Assembly: GCA_963810945.1 (NCBI GenBank)
Contig: CAWEPI010000004.1
Coordinates: 42,104-106,103 of the forward strand
DNA length: 64,000 nt
Source of the DNA: an uncultured Actinomycetes bacterium
GTDB lineage: Bacteria; Actinomycetota; UBA4738; HRBIN12
Direction: 5' to 3'
How positions within the stretch are numbered: position 1 is the stretch's first letter; the number at the start of each line of letters is the position of its first letter. The notes below the pieces were generated by a model, which was not told where the DNA came from, did no database searches, and saw only the letters and a list, made by a program, of their open reading frames with translations. The position numbers were made by a program, and so were the translations under genes. This document shows, piece by piece, positions 10,892-20,798 of this stretch.

Positions 10892-11991
10892 CCGATCGCC
10901 ACCGGCCCACGTGGGTCGAGGTGGATCTGGATGCGATCCGCCACAACGTGCGCGTGCTCAAGCCGGCCGATGCGGAGCTGATGGCCGTGGTGAAGGCCAA
11001 CGCCTATGGGCACGGCGACGTGGCCGCCGCCCGCGCCGCCGTGGAGGGTGGTGCGACCTGGCTCGGGGTCGCGCTGGTGGAGGAGGGGTTGCACCTGCGC
11101 GACGCCGGCATCGACGCGCGCATCCTCGTGCTCTCTGAATGCCCGCCGGGTTCGGAGGCCGACGCCCTCGCGGCCGATCTCACGCCGACCCTCTACTCCG
11201 AGGGCGGGCTTGCACGGCTCGCGGAGGCGTCGGCGGGCCACGCCGTCGCCGTGCACGTCAAGGTCGACACGGGCATGCACCGCGTGGGTGTCTGGCCGCC
11301 CGCCGACGCCGTCGCCTACGCCGGGCGCGTGGTGGGCGCCGGCCTCGACCTCGAGGGCCTCTTCACGCACTTCGCGCGCTCCGAGGAGGACGCCCCCACC
11401 ACCGAGCGGCAGCTCGCGACCTTCCTGCACGTCGTCGAGGCGGCGCGCGCGGCCGGCCTCGCGCCGCGGATCGTGCACGCGTCCAACACCGGGGGGACGA
11501 TCCTGCATCCCGACGCCCGCCTCGACCTGGTGCGCCCCGGCATCGGCGTCTACGGGTTGGAGCCCGGGCCCGAGGTCGGCGCCGAGCTCGGCCTGCGGCC
11601 CGCACTCACCTGGCGCTCGGCCGTCTCGTTCGTGAAGCGGCTGCCGGCGGGGGAGCGCACCTCCTACGGTCACCGCTACCGTCTCGGGCACGACGCCTGG
11701 GTCGCCACCGTGCCGGTCGGCTACGCGGACGGCTACCCTCGGCTGCTGTCCTCGCGCGCCGACGTCCTGATCCGGGGGCGACGGTGCCGCGTGGCGGGGA
11801 GCGTGACGATGGATCAGCTGGTGGTGGATTGCGGGGACCTCGAGGTCGCCGTCGGCGACGACGTCGTGCTGCTCGGACGCCAGGATGCGGAGGAGGTCAC
11901 CGCCGAGGAGCTGGCGGGACTCTCCGACACGATCGGATACGAGATCGTGACCCGGATCGGCGAGCGCGTGCCCCGGGAGTACCTCGGATGA
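10888..11991 (+). CDS. alr: alanine racemase
   Basis: ATGA overlap with nnr. The VVKANAYGHG pyridoxal-phosphate lysine motif is present. Confidence 0.9.
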   Translation: MTDRHRPTWVEVDLDAIRHNVRVLKPADAELMAVVKANAYGHGDVAAARAAVEGGATWLGVALVEEGLHLRDAGIDARILVLSECPPGSEADALAADLTPTLYSEGGLARLAEASAGHAVAVHVKVDTGMHRVGVWPPADAVAYAGRVVGAGLDLEGLFTHFARSEEDAPTTERQLATFLHVVEAARAAGLAPRIVHASNTGGTILHPDARLDLVRPGIGVYGLEPGPEVGAELGLRPALTWRSAVSFVKRLPAGERTSYGHRYRLGHDAWVATVPVGYADGYPRLLSSRADVLIRGRRCRVAGSVTMDQLVVDCGDLEVAVGDDVVLLGRQDAEEVTAEELAGLSDTIGYEIVTRIGERVPREYLG

Positions 11992-13049
11992 CGAAGAAGC
12001 GGACGGCGCTCATCAGCGCGGGCGTGGCGGCGGGAGCGATCGCCGCGGGGGCCGTCGGCAGCGTCGTCGTGCGCCGGCGCCACGCGCAGGTGGACGAGGG
12101 GATCTTCTGGGATCTCCCGCCTGAGGATCTCGGCGACGTCACCTCGTTCGACGGCACGACGATCGCGGTGCGCGCGGCCGGGCCACCCGAGGCGCCCGTC
12201 ATCCTGTTCGTGCACGGGTTCAGCCTGGACGCGACGACCTGGTACGAGCAGTGGGTCGACCTCTCCGTGGACTTCCGCTGCGTGGTGATGGATCACCGGG
12301 GGCACGGACGATCGGGTCGCGCCGCGAACGGCGATCTCTCCCTGCGCGCGATGGGCCGCGACGTGGCCGCCGTGCTCGATCTCGTCTCCCCCGAGCGCGC
12401 CGCCGTGCTCGTGGGCCACTCGATGGGCGCGATGTCGATCCTGGGGATGGCCGAGCAGCGTCCCGAGCTCTTCGGCACGCGGGTGGCGGGTGTGGTGCTG
12501 ATCGGCGCCGCCTCCTCGGACCTGCTGCAGGGGGCGATGGGCTCGGTCACCGAGCTGCTGCGCCCCCGCCTCGGCACCATCGCGTCGGCGGCCAAGCGCG
12601 TCGACCGCCTCCGCAAGGCCGTGCTCGCGAGCCCGGCGGACGTGCGTGGGGCGGTGGCGCGGCTCACGCAGTTCGGGCCCGACGCCCCCCAGCACGTGGT
12701 GGATCACGTCGTGCGGCTCGCCCAGAACGCGTCCTCGGACGTGTGGACCGACGGGCTCTCCTCGCTGATGGAGATGGACCTGCGCCACGCCGTGCCGCGC
12801 GTGACGGTCCCCGCGCTCGTGGTGGTCGGCGAACACGACCGCGTCACGCCGCCGGCCTCCGCGGTGGGGCTCACCGGCGCGCTCCCGGACGCGCGCCTCG
12901 TGGTGCTGGAGGGCGCGGGCCACATGGCGATGCTCGAGCGCCCCATCGAGCTCGACCGCGAGATCCGCCTCTTCGCGATCGCGGCCCTTGGCCTGGATGC
13001 GCCCCATCCGCCGCGGCGCAAGCGGAAGGCCGCGAAGGGGGAGGGTTGA
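11988..13049 (+). CDS. alpha/beta-fold hydrolase, N-terminally membrane anchored
   Basis: ATGA overlap with alr. An N-terminal TM segment is followed by HGFS and the GHSMGA nucleophile-elbow (GxSxG) motif. Confidence 0.75.
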   Translation: MTKKRTALISAGVAAGAIAAGAVGSVVVRRRHAQVDEGIFWDLPPEDLGDVTSFDGTTIAVRAAGPPEAPVILFVHGFSLDATTWYEQWVDLSVDFRCVVMDHRGHGRSGRAANGDLSLRAMGRDVAAVLDLVSPERAAVLVGHSMGAMSILGMAEQRPELFGTRVAGVVLIGAASSDLLQGAMGSVTELLRPRLGTIASAAKRVDRLRKAVLASPADVRGAVARLTQFGPDAPQHVVDHVVRLAQNASSDVWTDGLSSLMEMDLRHAVPRVTVPALVVVGEHDRVTPPASAVGLTGALPDARLVVLEGAGHMAMLERPIELDREIRLFAIAALGLDAPHPPRRKRKAAKGEG

Positions 13050-13051
13050 GC

Positions 13052-13735
13052 GTGCCCCGCACCCTCGCCGAGGTGGCCGCGGAGGCCGCGGGCTGCACGA
13101 GGTGCAAGCTCGCGCAGGGTCGCACCCAGGTGGTGTTCGGCGACGGCAGCCCCGACGCCGACCTCCTGTTCATCGGCGAGGGCCCAGGGTTCCACGAGGA
13201 CAAGCAGGGCATCCCGTTCGTGGGCGCCGCGGGCCAGCTCCTCAACCGGATGCTGGGCGAGATCGGCCTCGGGCGCGATGAGGTGTACATCGCGAATATC
13301 GTGAAGTGCCGCCCTCCCGGGAACCGGGATCCGCAGCCCGACGAGATCGAGGCGTGCACCCCGTGGCTCGTCGAGCAGATCTCGCTGATCCAGCCCAGGG
13401 TCGTCGTGACGCTCGGCAACTTCGCCACGAAGTTCGTGCTCGACACCACCCTGGGCATCACCCGCCTGCGCGGCCAGGTGCACGACTGGCACGGCCGCAC
13501 CGTGATCCCTACGTTCCACCCGGCCGCGATCCTGCACGGCGGGGGGAGAAGTCCCGCCAGTTCCAGCTCCTGCGCGAGGACTTCGCGCTCGTGCGGCGGA
13601 CCCTGGAGGGCGCCACAGGCGGAGCCCACCGTCGCCGTGGGCACGTCGCCCGCGGCGCCCGGCGAGATCCCGCGCGCCACCGTGATCCCCGAGCCCGACG
13701 ACCTCCCCGACACCGACCAGCTGGAGCTCTTCTAG
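13052..13735 (+). pseudogene. udg: uracil-DNA glycosylase, family 4 (Fe-S type), with an apparent local double frameshift near the 3-prime end
   Basis: GEGPG motif, CTRCKL cysteine cluster and a HPAAIL motif. After HGGG at about 13548, within a G6 homopolymer, the conserved C-terminus (EKSRQFQLLREDFALVRRTLEG) lies in the -1 frame. The annotated frame is then recovered further downstream. Confidence 0.7.
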
Positions 13736-14233
13736 ATGGAGCTCGATCTTCGGGCCCTCACCGCCGAGGACACGCGCGCGGTCGGCGAGGCCCTCGCCCC
13801 GCTGTTGCGTCCACGCGACGCGGTCGTGCTCACCGGTGAGCTCGGGGCCGGCAAGACCACCTTCGTGCAGGGTGTGGCGCGCGGCCTCGGCATCGAGGAC
13901 CAGGTCGTGTCGCCCACCTTCACCCTCATCAAGGAGTACACGGGCCGCCTCGACGTGGCGCACGTGGACGTCTACCGCCTCGACCGCGTCCAGGACGTCG
14001 TGGACCTCGGCCTGGACGAGCTGGGGACCGGCGAGGACGTGCTGCTGGTGGAGTGGGGCGACGCCGTGGAGGCCCTGTTGCCGCCGGACCGCCTCCGCGT
14101 CGAGTTCGCGACGGAGGATCCGAGCGGACGGGACGAGGCCCGCCGCATCCAGGTCACCGGCGTGGGTGAAGCCTGGATGCAGCGTTGGGCCGCGGTGCTG
14201 GACGCCCTCCGACCCTGGGAGGTCGCCCTGTGA
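13736..14233 (+). CDS. tsaE: tRNA threonylcarbamoyladenosine biosynthesis ATPase TsaE
   Basis: TAGATG junction with udg. The P-loop GELGAGKTTF and SPTFTLI motifs are present. Confidence 0.85.
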   Translation: MELDLRALTAEDTRAVGEALAPLLRPRDAVVLTGELGAGKTTFVQGVARGLGIEDQVVSPTFTLIKEYTGRLDVAHVDVYRLDRVQDVVDLGLDELGTGEDVLLVEWGDAVEALLPPDRLRVEFATEDPSGRDEARRIQVTGVGEAWMQRWAAVLDALRPWEVAL

Positions 14234-14939
14234 TCGTGGTGGGCATCGAGACGTCCACGCCCCAGACGAGCGTGGCCCTCGGGACCGAGCAGGAGATCCT
14301 CGCCAAGGTCTCGGTGGCCGGCAAGGCCCGACAGGAATCGGTGACCCCGGCGCTGCAGCAGCTGCTGGCGTGGACGGGCATCGACCTGGAGCACGTGGGC
14401 GGGGTGGCGGTCGGGGTCGGGCCGGGCTTGTTCACCGGCCTGCGGGTCGGCGTGGAGACCGCGAAGACGCTCGCCCAGGTCCTGCAACGTGCCGATCGTG
14501 GGCATCCCCAGCCTCGACGCGCTCGCCTACGCCTGCCGACACACGCACAAGCGGATCGCCGCCGTGATCGATGCCCGCCGTGGCGAGGTCTTCTACGCCC
14601 TGTATCGCGCGGTGCCCGGCGGGGTGATACGCGAGTCCGCGTACGAGGTCTGCCCGCCCAGCCACCTCGCCGGGGAGCTGGAGGCGGTGGCCGGGGAGGT
14701 GCTGGCGGTCGGGCAACGGTGCGATGCTGTATCGCCATGAACTCGAGGAACCGGGCGCGCGCGTCGAGGTCGGTACCTCCATCTCGGCGCATCCCGAGGC
14801 GGCGGCGCTGGTCGAGCTCGCCGTGCCCCGATTCCTGCGGGAGGAGCACGACCGGCTCCACGACATCGTCCCCCTGTACCTGAGGAAGTCGGATGCTGAG
14901 ATCGCGTGGGATCAGCGAGCGCGCGGCGCCCAGGCTTGA
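14230..14939 (+). pseudogene. tsaB: tRNA t6A37 biosynthesis protein TsaB, interrupted by two frameshifts
   Basis: GTG overlaps the tsaE stop. VIVVGIETSTPQTSVAL...GVGPGLFTGLRVGVETAK is in frame 1. VPIVGIPSLDALAYA...GEVFYALY resumes in frame 2 from about 14489. GNGAMLYRHEL resumes in frame 0 from about 14712. The three pieces tile a complete YeaZ/TsaB. Confidence 0.75.
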
Positions 14940-14949
14940 GATCAGCCGG

Positions 14950-15444
14950 ATGCGCCGTCGCCATCTGCGCGGCGTGATGGCGATCGAGCGCCAGGTGTAT
15001 GCACGTCCCTGGAGCCCTGCCCTATTCGTGGCCGAGATGACCGAGCCCCACAACCGCTGCTACCTGGTGGCGCGCACCGACAAGGTCGTCGTGGGCTACG
15101 CGGGCATGATCTGCTACGGCGACGAGGCGCACATCACGAACATCGCGGTGGACCCGCAGCAGCACCGGCGGGGGATCGGCGCGCGCCTGCTCTACGCGCA
15201 GATGCGCCAGGCCATCGAGATGGGCGCGCACGCCGTCTCGCTGGAGGTCCGCGTCACCAACTGGGGGGCGCAGCGGCTCTACGGCCACTTCGGCTTCCAC
15301 CCGGTGGGGATCCGCCGCAACTACTACCAGGAGCTGAGCGAGGACGCGCTCATCATGTGGACCGACGACGTCCGCACGGAGGCCTACGGCCGCCGCCTGG
15401 AAGCCATCGCCGAGGAGCTGCCCGGGGTGGGGCGCTCGGCGTGA
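14950..15444 (+). CDS. rimI: ribosomal-protein-alanine N-acetyltransferase (GNAT)
   Basis: The GNAT acetyl-CoA motif QQHRRGIGARLL. Its position between tsaB and tsaD is conserved. An alternative upstream start at 14893 is possible. Confidence 0.8.
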   Translation: MRRRHLRGVMAIERQVYARPWSPALFVAEMTEPHNRCYLVARTDKVVVGYAGMICYGDEAHITNIAVDPQQHRRGIGARLLYAQMRQAIEMGAHAVSLEVRVTNWGAQRLYGHFGFHPVGIRRNYYQELSEDALIMWTDDVRTEAYGRRLEAIAEELPGVGRSA

Positions 15445-16448
15445 TCACGCTCGGCATCGAGACCTCGTGCGACGAGACCGCCGTCGCGGTGGTGGAGGAC
15501 GGCTTCACCGTGCGGTCCAACCTGATCGCCTCTCAGGTGCAACTGCACGAACGATTCGGCGGGGTGGTGCCGGAGGTGGCCGCGCGCGCCCACGTGGAGG
15601 CGCTCAACCCGCTGATGGAGGAGGCCCTGGCCGCGGCGGACGTCGGGTTCGGGGACCTCGACCACGTGGCGGTCACGGTCGGCCCCGGACTGGTGGGCGC
15701 GCTCCTCACGGGGATGGCGGCCGCGAAGGCCGTGAGCCTCGCCACGGGCGCCGCGCTGGTGGGCGTGAACCACCTCGAGGGCCACGTGTGGGCCAACTTC
15801 CTCGCACACGGCCCGCCCGAGCCCCCCTACGTCGCGCTGGTGGTGAGCGGCGGGCACACGATGCTCGTGCACATCCCGACGCTCTTCCACCACGAGGTGC
15901 TGGGTCAGACCCTCGACGACGCGGCGGGAGAGGCGTTCGACAAGGTCGCGCGGATGATCGGGCTCGGCTTCCCGGGGGGGCCGGCGCTCGACCGGATGGC
16001 CCAGGGTGGAGACCCGCGCGCGATCGCGTTCCCGCGCGCGATGGTCGATTCCGGGGACTACGACTTCTCGCTGAGCGGGCTGAAGACGGCCGTGCTGCGC
16101 TACGTGAAGCGCGAGCGTGCGGCGGGTCACGACCTGAACCTGCCCGATCTGGCCGCCTCGTTCCAGGAGGCCATCGTGGACGTGCAGGTCACCAAGACGA
16201 TCGCGGCCGCGAAGGAGATGGACGTTCCCACCGTGCTGCTGGGCGGCGGCGTCGTGGCCAACACCCGGCTGCGCGAACGTCTGCAGGCGGCGGGCGAGGC
16301 CGAGGGTCTGCGGGTGCTCTACCCGCCGCTCGATCTGTGCACGGACAACGGCGCCATGATCGCCTGCGTCGGAGCGGCTCGGGCCGCGATCGGCGAGCGC
16401 ACGTCGCTCGACATCGGAGCCGATCCGCAACTAAGGTTGGCCACGTGA
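15441..16448 (+). CDS. tsaD: tRNA N6-adenosine threonylcarbamoyltransferase TsaD
   Basis: GTG overlaps the rimI stop. LGIETSCDETAVAVV and the His pair of the Kae1/TsaD family. Confidence 0.9.
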   Translation: MITLGIETSCDETAVAVVEDGFTVRSNLIASQVQLHERFGGVVPEVAARAHVEALNPLMEEALAAADVGFGDLDHVAVTVGPGLVGALLTGMAAAKAVSLATGAALVGVNHLEGHVWANFLAHGPPEPPYVALVVSGGHTMLVHIPTLFHHEVLGQTLDDAAGEAFDKVARMIGLGFPGGPALDRMAQGGDPRAIAFPRAMVDSGDYDFSLSGLKTAVLRYVKRERAAGHDLNLPDLAASFQEAIVDVQVTKTIAAAKEMDVPTVLLGGGVVANTRLRERLQAAGEAEGLRVLYPPLDLCTDNGAMIACVGAARAAIGERTSLDIGADPQLRLAT

Positions 16449-17389
16449 GCACCGTCCTGGTGACCGGGGGCGCCGGGTTCATCGGCTCGCACCTCGCCGA
16501 CCGTCTCCTCGCCGAGGGCCATCGCGTGATCAGCGTGGATGACCTCTCGACGGGGCGCATCGCCAACCTGGTGGATGCGAGGGGCTACGGCAAGGAGTTC
16601 ACGTTCTTCAACATGGACGTGCGTGCCGACGGTCTGCTGCCCCTGTTCGAGCGGCACCGGCCCGAGGTGGTCTTCCACCTCGCGGCCCAGTCGGGTGTGC
16701 GCCCGTCGCTGGACGACCCGACGCTCGACGCCAGCATCAACATGATGGGCACGCTGAACGTGCTGGAGTGCGCGGCGAAGGTGGAGACGCGCAAGGTGAT
16801 CTACGCCGCGAGCGGCGGCACGATCTACGGCGAGCCCAAGCGGCTGCCCGCGAAGGAGTCGGCGGCCGCGGGGTCGCATCCGCTCAGCCCGTACGGGATC
16901 TCGAAGAAGGCGGTCCTGGACTACCTCGGCTTCTACCATCGCTACCGGGGCCTGGACTTCACGGCGCTCGCGCTCGCCAACGTGTACGGGCCACGCCAGG
17001 ATCCCCACGGCGAGGCAGGGGTGGTGGCCATCTTCGCCTCCAGGATGCTCCTCGGCGAGCCGGTCACGATCTTCGGTGACGGGAACCAGACGCGCGACTA
17101 CGTCTTCATCGACGACGTCGTGCATGCCTTCGTGCAGGCTTTCGAGCGCGGCTCGGGCAAGCTCGTGAACGTGGGGACCGGTCTGGAGTCGAGCGTGAGC
17201 GGGCTCTTCCGGCTGCTCGCCGAGATCATCGGCTACGAGAAGGATCCGGAGTTCGGGCCGCTGCCACCGGGCGAGTTGCGGCGGATCGCGCTCGACATCT
17301 CGAGCGCGCCGAGCGCCATCGCGTGGAAGCCCTGGACGCACCTGGAGGACGGGCTCGCGGAGACGGTCGCCTTCCTGAAGGGGATCTAG
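16445..17389 (+). CDS. NAD-dependent epimerase/dehydratase (UDP-glucose 4-epimerase-like SDR)
   Basis: GTG overlaps the tsaD stop. GGAGFIGSH Rossmann motif and the YxxxK catalytic motif (SPYGISKK). Confidence 0.8.
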   Translation: MSTVLVTGGAGFIGSHLADRLLAEGHRVISVDDLSTGRIANLVDARGYGKEFTFFNMDVRADGLLPLFERHRPEVVFHLAAQSGVRPSLDDPTLDASINMMGTLNVLECAAKVETRKVIYAASGGTIYGEPKRLPAKESAAAGSHPLSPYGISKKAVLDYLGFYHRYRGLDFTALALANVYGPRQDPHGEAGVVAIFASRMLLGEPVTIFGDGNQTRDYVFIDDVVHAFVQAFERGSGKLVNVGTGLESSVSGLFRLLAEIIGYEKDPEFGPLPPGELRRIALDISSAPSAIAWKPWTHLEDGLAETVAFLKGI

Positions 17390-17396
17390 CGGGCGG

Positions 17397-18743
17397 ATGG
17401 AGGCCTGGCTGGAGGCCCTCGTCCCGCGCCTGGAGTCCGCCGTCTCGCGGTTCGTGAACGACCATCGGCCCCCGGCGCGGCGGTGGGCGCGGTCGTGGAC
17501 GGCGCACTCGGCCTGGCATTCGGGCCACGGCTTCGCCGACCTCGTGGCGGCCGCTCCCCCCGATGCCCACACCGGGTTCCGCGTGGCCTCCGTGACGAAG
17601 ACCTTCACCGCCACCGCGCTCCTGCAGCTCCGCGACGAGGGCGCGCTGGATCTGGACGATCCGCTCACCGCCCACCTGCCCGAGTTCGCGGCCGCGCGGA
17701 ACCCGTTCGGCCCCGTCCAGGAGGTGACCCTGCGACTCGTCCTGACGCACCGCGCGGGGATCACCGGCCAGCCTCCGCTGCAGGACTGGCGCGCCCGCCG
17801 GTTCCCGAGCGTGGAGGAGACGCTCGCCGCGGCCGATCGGATCGAGGTGGTCGTGCCGCCGGGCACCGACCGCAAGTACTCCAACCTGGGGTACCAGCTG
17901 CTCGGGGAGGTCGTCGCGCGCGCGGACGGCCGCCCCTATCGAGACGTGATCGGCGCGCGCCTCCTCGCGCCGCTGCACCTGGACGAGACCGGGTTCGACC
18001 CCCCGGCGGGCATCGCGCTCGCCACCGGCTACGACGCGCCGGGCTTCTCCGACGAGCCGCCGGTCTCCGCCGGCCGCGAGAAGCCCACCGACGCCGAGGG
18101 CGGGCTCTGGTCCACCGTGCACGACATGGCGCGGTGGATCGCCTTCCAGCTCGACGGGGACGACGCCGTGTTGCGCGTCGAGACGCTCCGCGAGATGCAG
18201 CGCCCCGTGGTCCTCACCGACGACACGTGGACGGGCGGGCAGGGACTCGGCTGGACGCAGGAGCGCCGGGGCGAGCGCGTCTACGTCGGACATCAGGGCG
18301 GCACGGTCGGCTTCAGCGCGCGGGTGGCATTCAGCACGGCCGATGGGATCGGCGTCGTGGTGCTCACCAACGGCGAGGCGCCGGCGAGCGTCCTCGCGCT
18401 CTCGCTGATGGACCAACTCGTGGATGCCGCGCGCGCACATCCGCGCGTCCTGCCGCCGGCGCGCCCCCTGCCGCTGCCGGAGGCGTACCGCGACCTGGTG
18501 GGGCTCTACGCGTGGGCCGACGGCGGCGACGCGTTCCGGGTGGAGTGGCGCGGCGGCGCGCTCACCGTCCTGTGGGTGGGGGCGGAGCTCCCGCGACCGA
18601 CCCTCGAGCCCACCGACGACCCGCACGCCTTCACGATCCGAGGGGGGAACCACACCGGGGAACGGGCGGTCTTCCGGAGGGGTCGGGCCGACGCGGTGGA
18701 AGGACTGGACTTCGCGGGGTTCCCGCTCGACCGGCTCGCATAG
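17397..18743 (+). pseudogene. serine hydrolase of the beta-lactamase / DD-peptidase family, with two compensating frameshifts near the N-terminus
   Basis: SVTKTF (SxxK), YSN and HQGG motifs. Between about 17478 and 17535 the conserved PGAAVGAVVDGALGLAFG is encoded in the +2 frame, then the main frame is recovered. Confidence 0.7.
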
Positions 18744-18996
18744 TCGACCGCGTGCCCGAGGCTGGAGCCGTCGGGCTCCATGCTGCGGGAGCTAAGCGTT
18801 TTCGCGCTCCCATCGCCATTTCCCGACGAACTGTCTAGTGCCGTTGCCGTAGCCAATGGGGTCCCCATCGGGTATCACTATCACCGGAGCGACCTACATC
18901 TCCCAGCGGCCGGACGGCGCGTGCGGACGTGACGGTCGGGGTAGTCTCGAACGAGACCTAGGTTCTGGGCGTGAGTTGACGGAAAGGGATCGAGCG

Positions 18997-19983
18997 ATGC
19001 AGAAGCGTGCGGTGGTGGGCGGCGCCGGAGGGTTCATCGGGCACCACATGGTGAAGTACCTCAAGGACCGCGGGTACTGGGTCCGTGGGGTCGACATCAA
19101 GGAGCCCGAGTACGAGCCGACGGCCGCCGACGAGTTCCTGGTGCTGGACCTGCGCGAGTGGGAGAACTGCGTCGCCGCGACGGCGGGCGTGGACGAGGTC
19201 TACCAGCTGGCCGCGGACATGGGCGGCATCGGCTACATCACCGGCAACCGCGTCGACATCTCCCGCAACAACGTGCTGATCAACGCGCACATGCTGGAGG
19301 CCGCATATCAGAACGGGGTGACGCGCCACTTCTACTCCTCGAGCGCGTGCATCTACCCGATGTACAAGCAGCACGACCCCGACGTGACGCCGCTGAAGGA
19401 AGAGGACGCGTACCCGGCCGATCCCGAGGAGGGCTACGGCTGGGAGAAGCTCTACTCCGAGAAGCTCTGCCAGTACTACCAGGAGGAGGGCAAGCTCGAG
19501 ACCCGCGTCGCGCGCTTCCACAACATCTACGGCCCCCTCGGCACGTACGAGGGCGGCCGCGAGAAGGCGCCCGCCGCGATCAGCCGGAAGGTGGCGCTCG
19601 CGAACGACGGCGACGACATCGAGATCTGGGGCGACGGCCTGCAGACGCGATCCTTCACGTTCATCGACGACTGCGTCGAGGGCATCTACCGGATCGCGCA
19701 GTCCGATCACTGGGAGCCGCTGAACCTCGGTTCCGACCGCCTGGTCACGATCGACGAACTGGTCGACCTCGTCTCCGACGTGGCCGGCAAGACGCTCGTG
19801 AAGCAGCACGACCTCACGAAGCCGCAGGGCGTGCGGGGCCGCAACAGCGACAACGACCGCTGCAAGGCGGTGCTGGGCTGGGCCCCCGAAGTGACCCTCG
19901 AGGATGGCCTCAAGTCCACGTACGCGTGGATCGAAGGTCAGCTCGAAGGCGCGGGCCGCCTGCCCGCGAAGGCGCAGGCCTAG
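18997..19983 (+). CDS. NAD-dependent epimerase/dehydratase, GDP-mannose 3,5-epimerase-like
   Basis: RBS GGAAAGGG upstream. GGAGGFIGHH, SSACIYP and the YxxxK motif are present. Confidence 0.75.
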   Translation: MQKRAVVGGAGGFIGHHMVKYLKDRGYWVRGVDIKEPEYEPTAADEFLVLDLREWENCVAATAGVDEVYQLAADMGGIGYITGNRVDISRNNVLINAHMLEAAYQNGVTRHFYSSSACIYPMYKQHDPDVTPLKEEDAYPADPEEGYGWEKLYSEKLCQYYQEEGKLETRVARFHNIYGPLGTYEGGREKAPAAISRKVALANDGDDIEIWGDGLQTRSFTFIDDCVEGIYRIAQSDHWEPLNLGSDRLVTIDELVDLVSDVAGKTLVKQHDLTKPQGVRGRNSDNDRCKAVLGWAPEVTLEDGLKSTYAWIEGQLEGAGRLPAKAQA

Positions 19984-20005
19984 CCGCGCCGGAACCTCAA
20001 AGGCC

Positions 20006-20034
20006 GAAGGCCCGGGGCTTCGCCCCGGGCCTTC
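20006..20034. terminator. bidirectional intrinsic terminator hairpin between convergent genes
   Basis: GAAGGCCCGGGG-cttcg-CCCCGGGCCTTC, a perfect 12-bp stem. Confidence 0.6.
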
Positions 20035-20062
20035 GTGCGTCCGCGTTCGATCGCTCGGTCGA

Positions 20063-20641
20063 TCAGTTGCCGGCGGCGCGGGCAGGGCGCGCCGGTGGGA
20101 TGGGCTTCGGTACCGCGCCTGCGCCGTTGAAGGGCACGAACTGCACGGTGAGTGTCGATTCGTCGTAGATGACGCCTGTGTCGGGATCACCTACGAAGTG
20201 CACCGAGTGCTTGCCGGCCTTCACCGGCCAGCCAACGTTCGTGGCGCAATCCGACTCGTCATTCTCGTTGGCTCCCGTATCGTAGTACCTCTGGGAGCGC
20301 TCGGTGGACGTGAGTTCCGTGCCGTCCAGTTCGATCCAGCAGTTCGCATATCCGCTGGCGCCGGTTTGCAGGAACCCGTCCGTGGATGCGGTAACGACCA
20401 GGTATCCCGTCTTCGGAGCCCTGATCGACAGCTTCCGGATCACGTGCGTATTGCCGTCGCCGATCACGGAGTTGTCATCCTTGTGGCTTACCGCCACACG
20501 GTTGATCGCATTCGCCGGGTAGCCGTTCAACCGGTCGGCGTTGATGAGCCTGGCGGCCGCGGCCGTCCCGCCGGCCGCGATCGCCGCGGTGACGAAGGCC
20601 ACCACCACGGTGGTGAGGTGCTTGCGGATCCCTTCCTTCAT
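20063..20641 (-). CDS. hypothetical membrane-anchored or secreted protein (lower-GC gene)
   Basis: MKEGIRKHLTTVVVAFVTAAIAAGGTAAAA signal-anchor. GC is noticeably lower than in neighbouring genes. No recognisable family. Confidence 0.5.
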   Translation of the reverse strand: MKEGIRKHLTTVVVAFVTAAIAAGGTAAAARLINADRLNGYPANAINRVAVSHKDDNSVIGDGNTHVIRKLSIRAPKTGYLVVTASTDGFLQTGASGYANCWIELDGTELTSTERSQRYYDTGANENDESDCATNVGWPVKAGKHSVHFVGDPDTGVIYDESTLTVQFVPFNGAGAVPKPIPPARPARAAGN

Positions 20642-20798
20642 GCCGTCCCTCCTCTGGCCGGGCATCCCTATCCCGACGTCGCTTCAGTCTTCAGGTCCGA
20701 TCGGGGCGACACAAGCACCCGCCGCGCTACAGCAGACACCGTCGTATCCCGATCGGTGAACGCGGGATGAGCGCTGCACCGAGGTAGGCTCCGCCACC

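Noticed and set aside
11139-11987. The N-terminal 283 codons of ORF 11139..13049 as part of the hydrolase gene.
   Set aside because: That portion overlaps alr in another frame and is Arg-rich nonsense. The real gene starts at the ATG at 11988, which overlaps the alr stop.
18744-18996. A tRNA or other small RNA gene in the low-GC intergenic region.
   Set aside because: No GGTTCGANTCC-type T-loop or cloverleaf could be found by eye. A computational scan is needed before calling anything.
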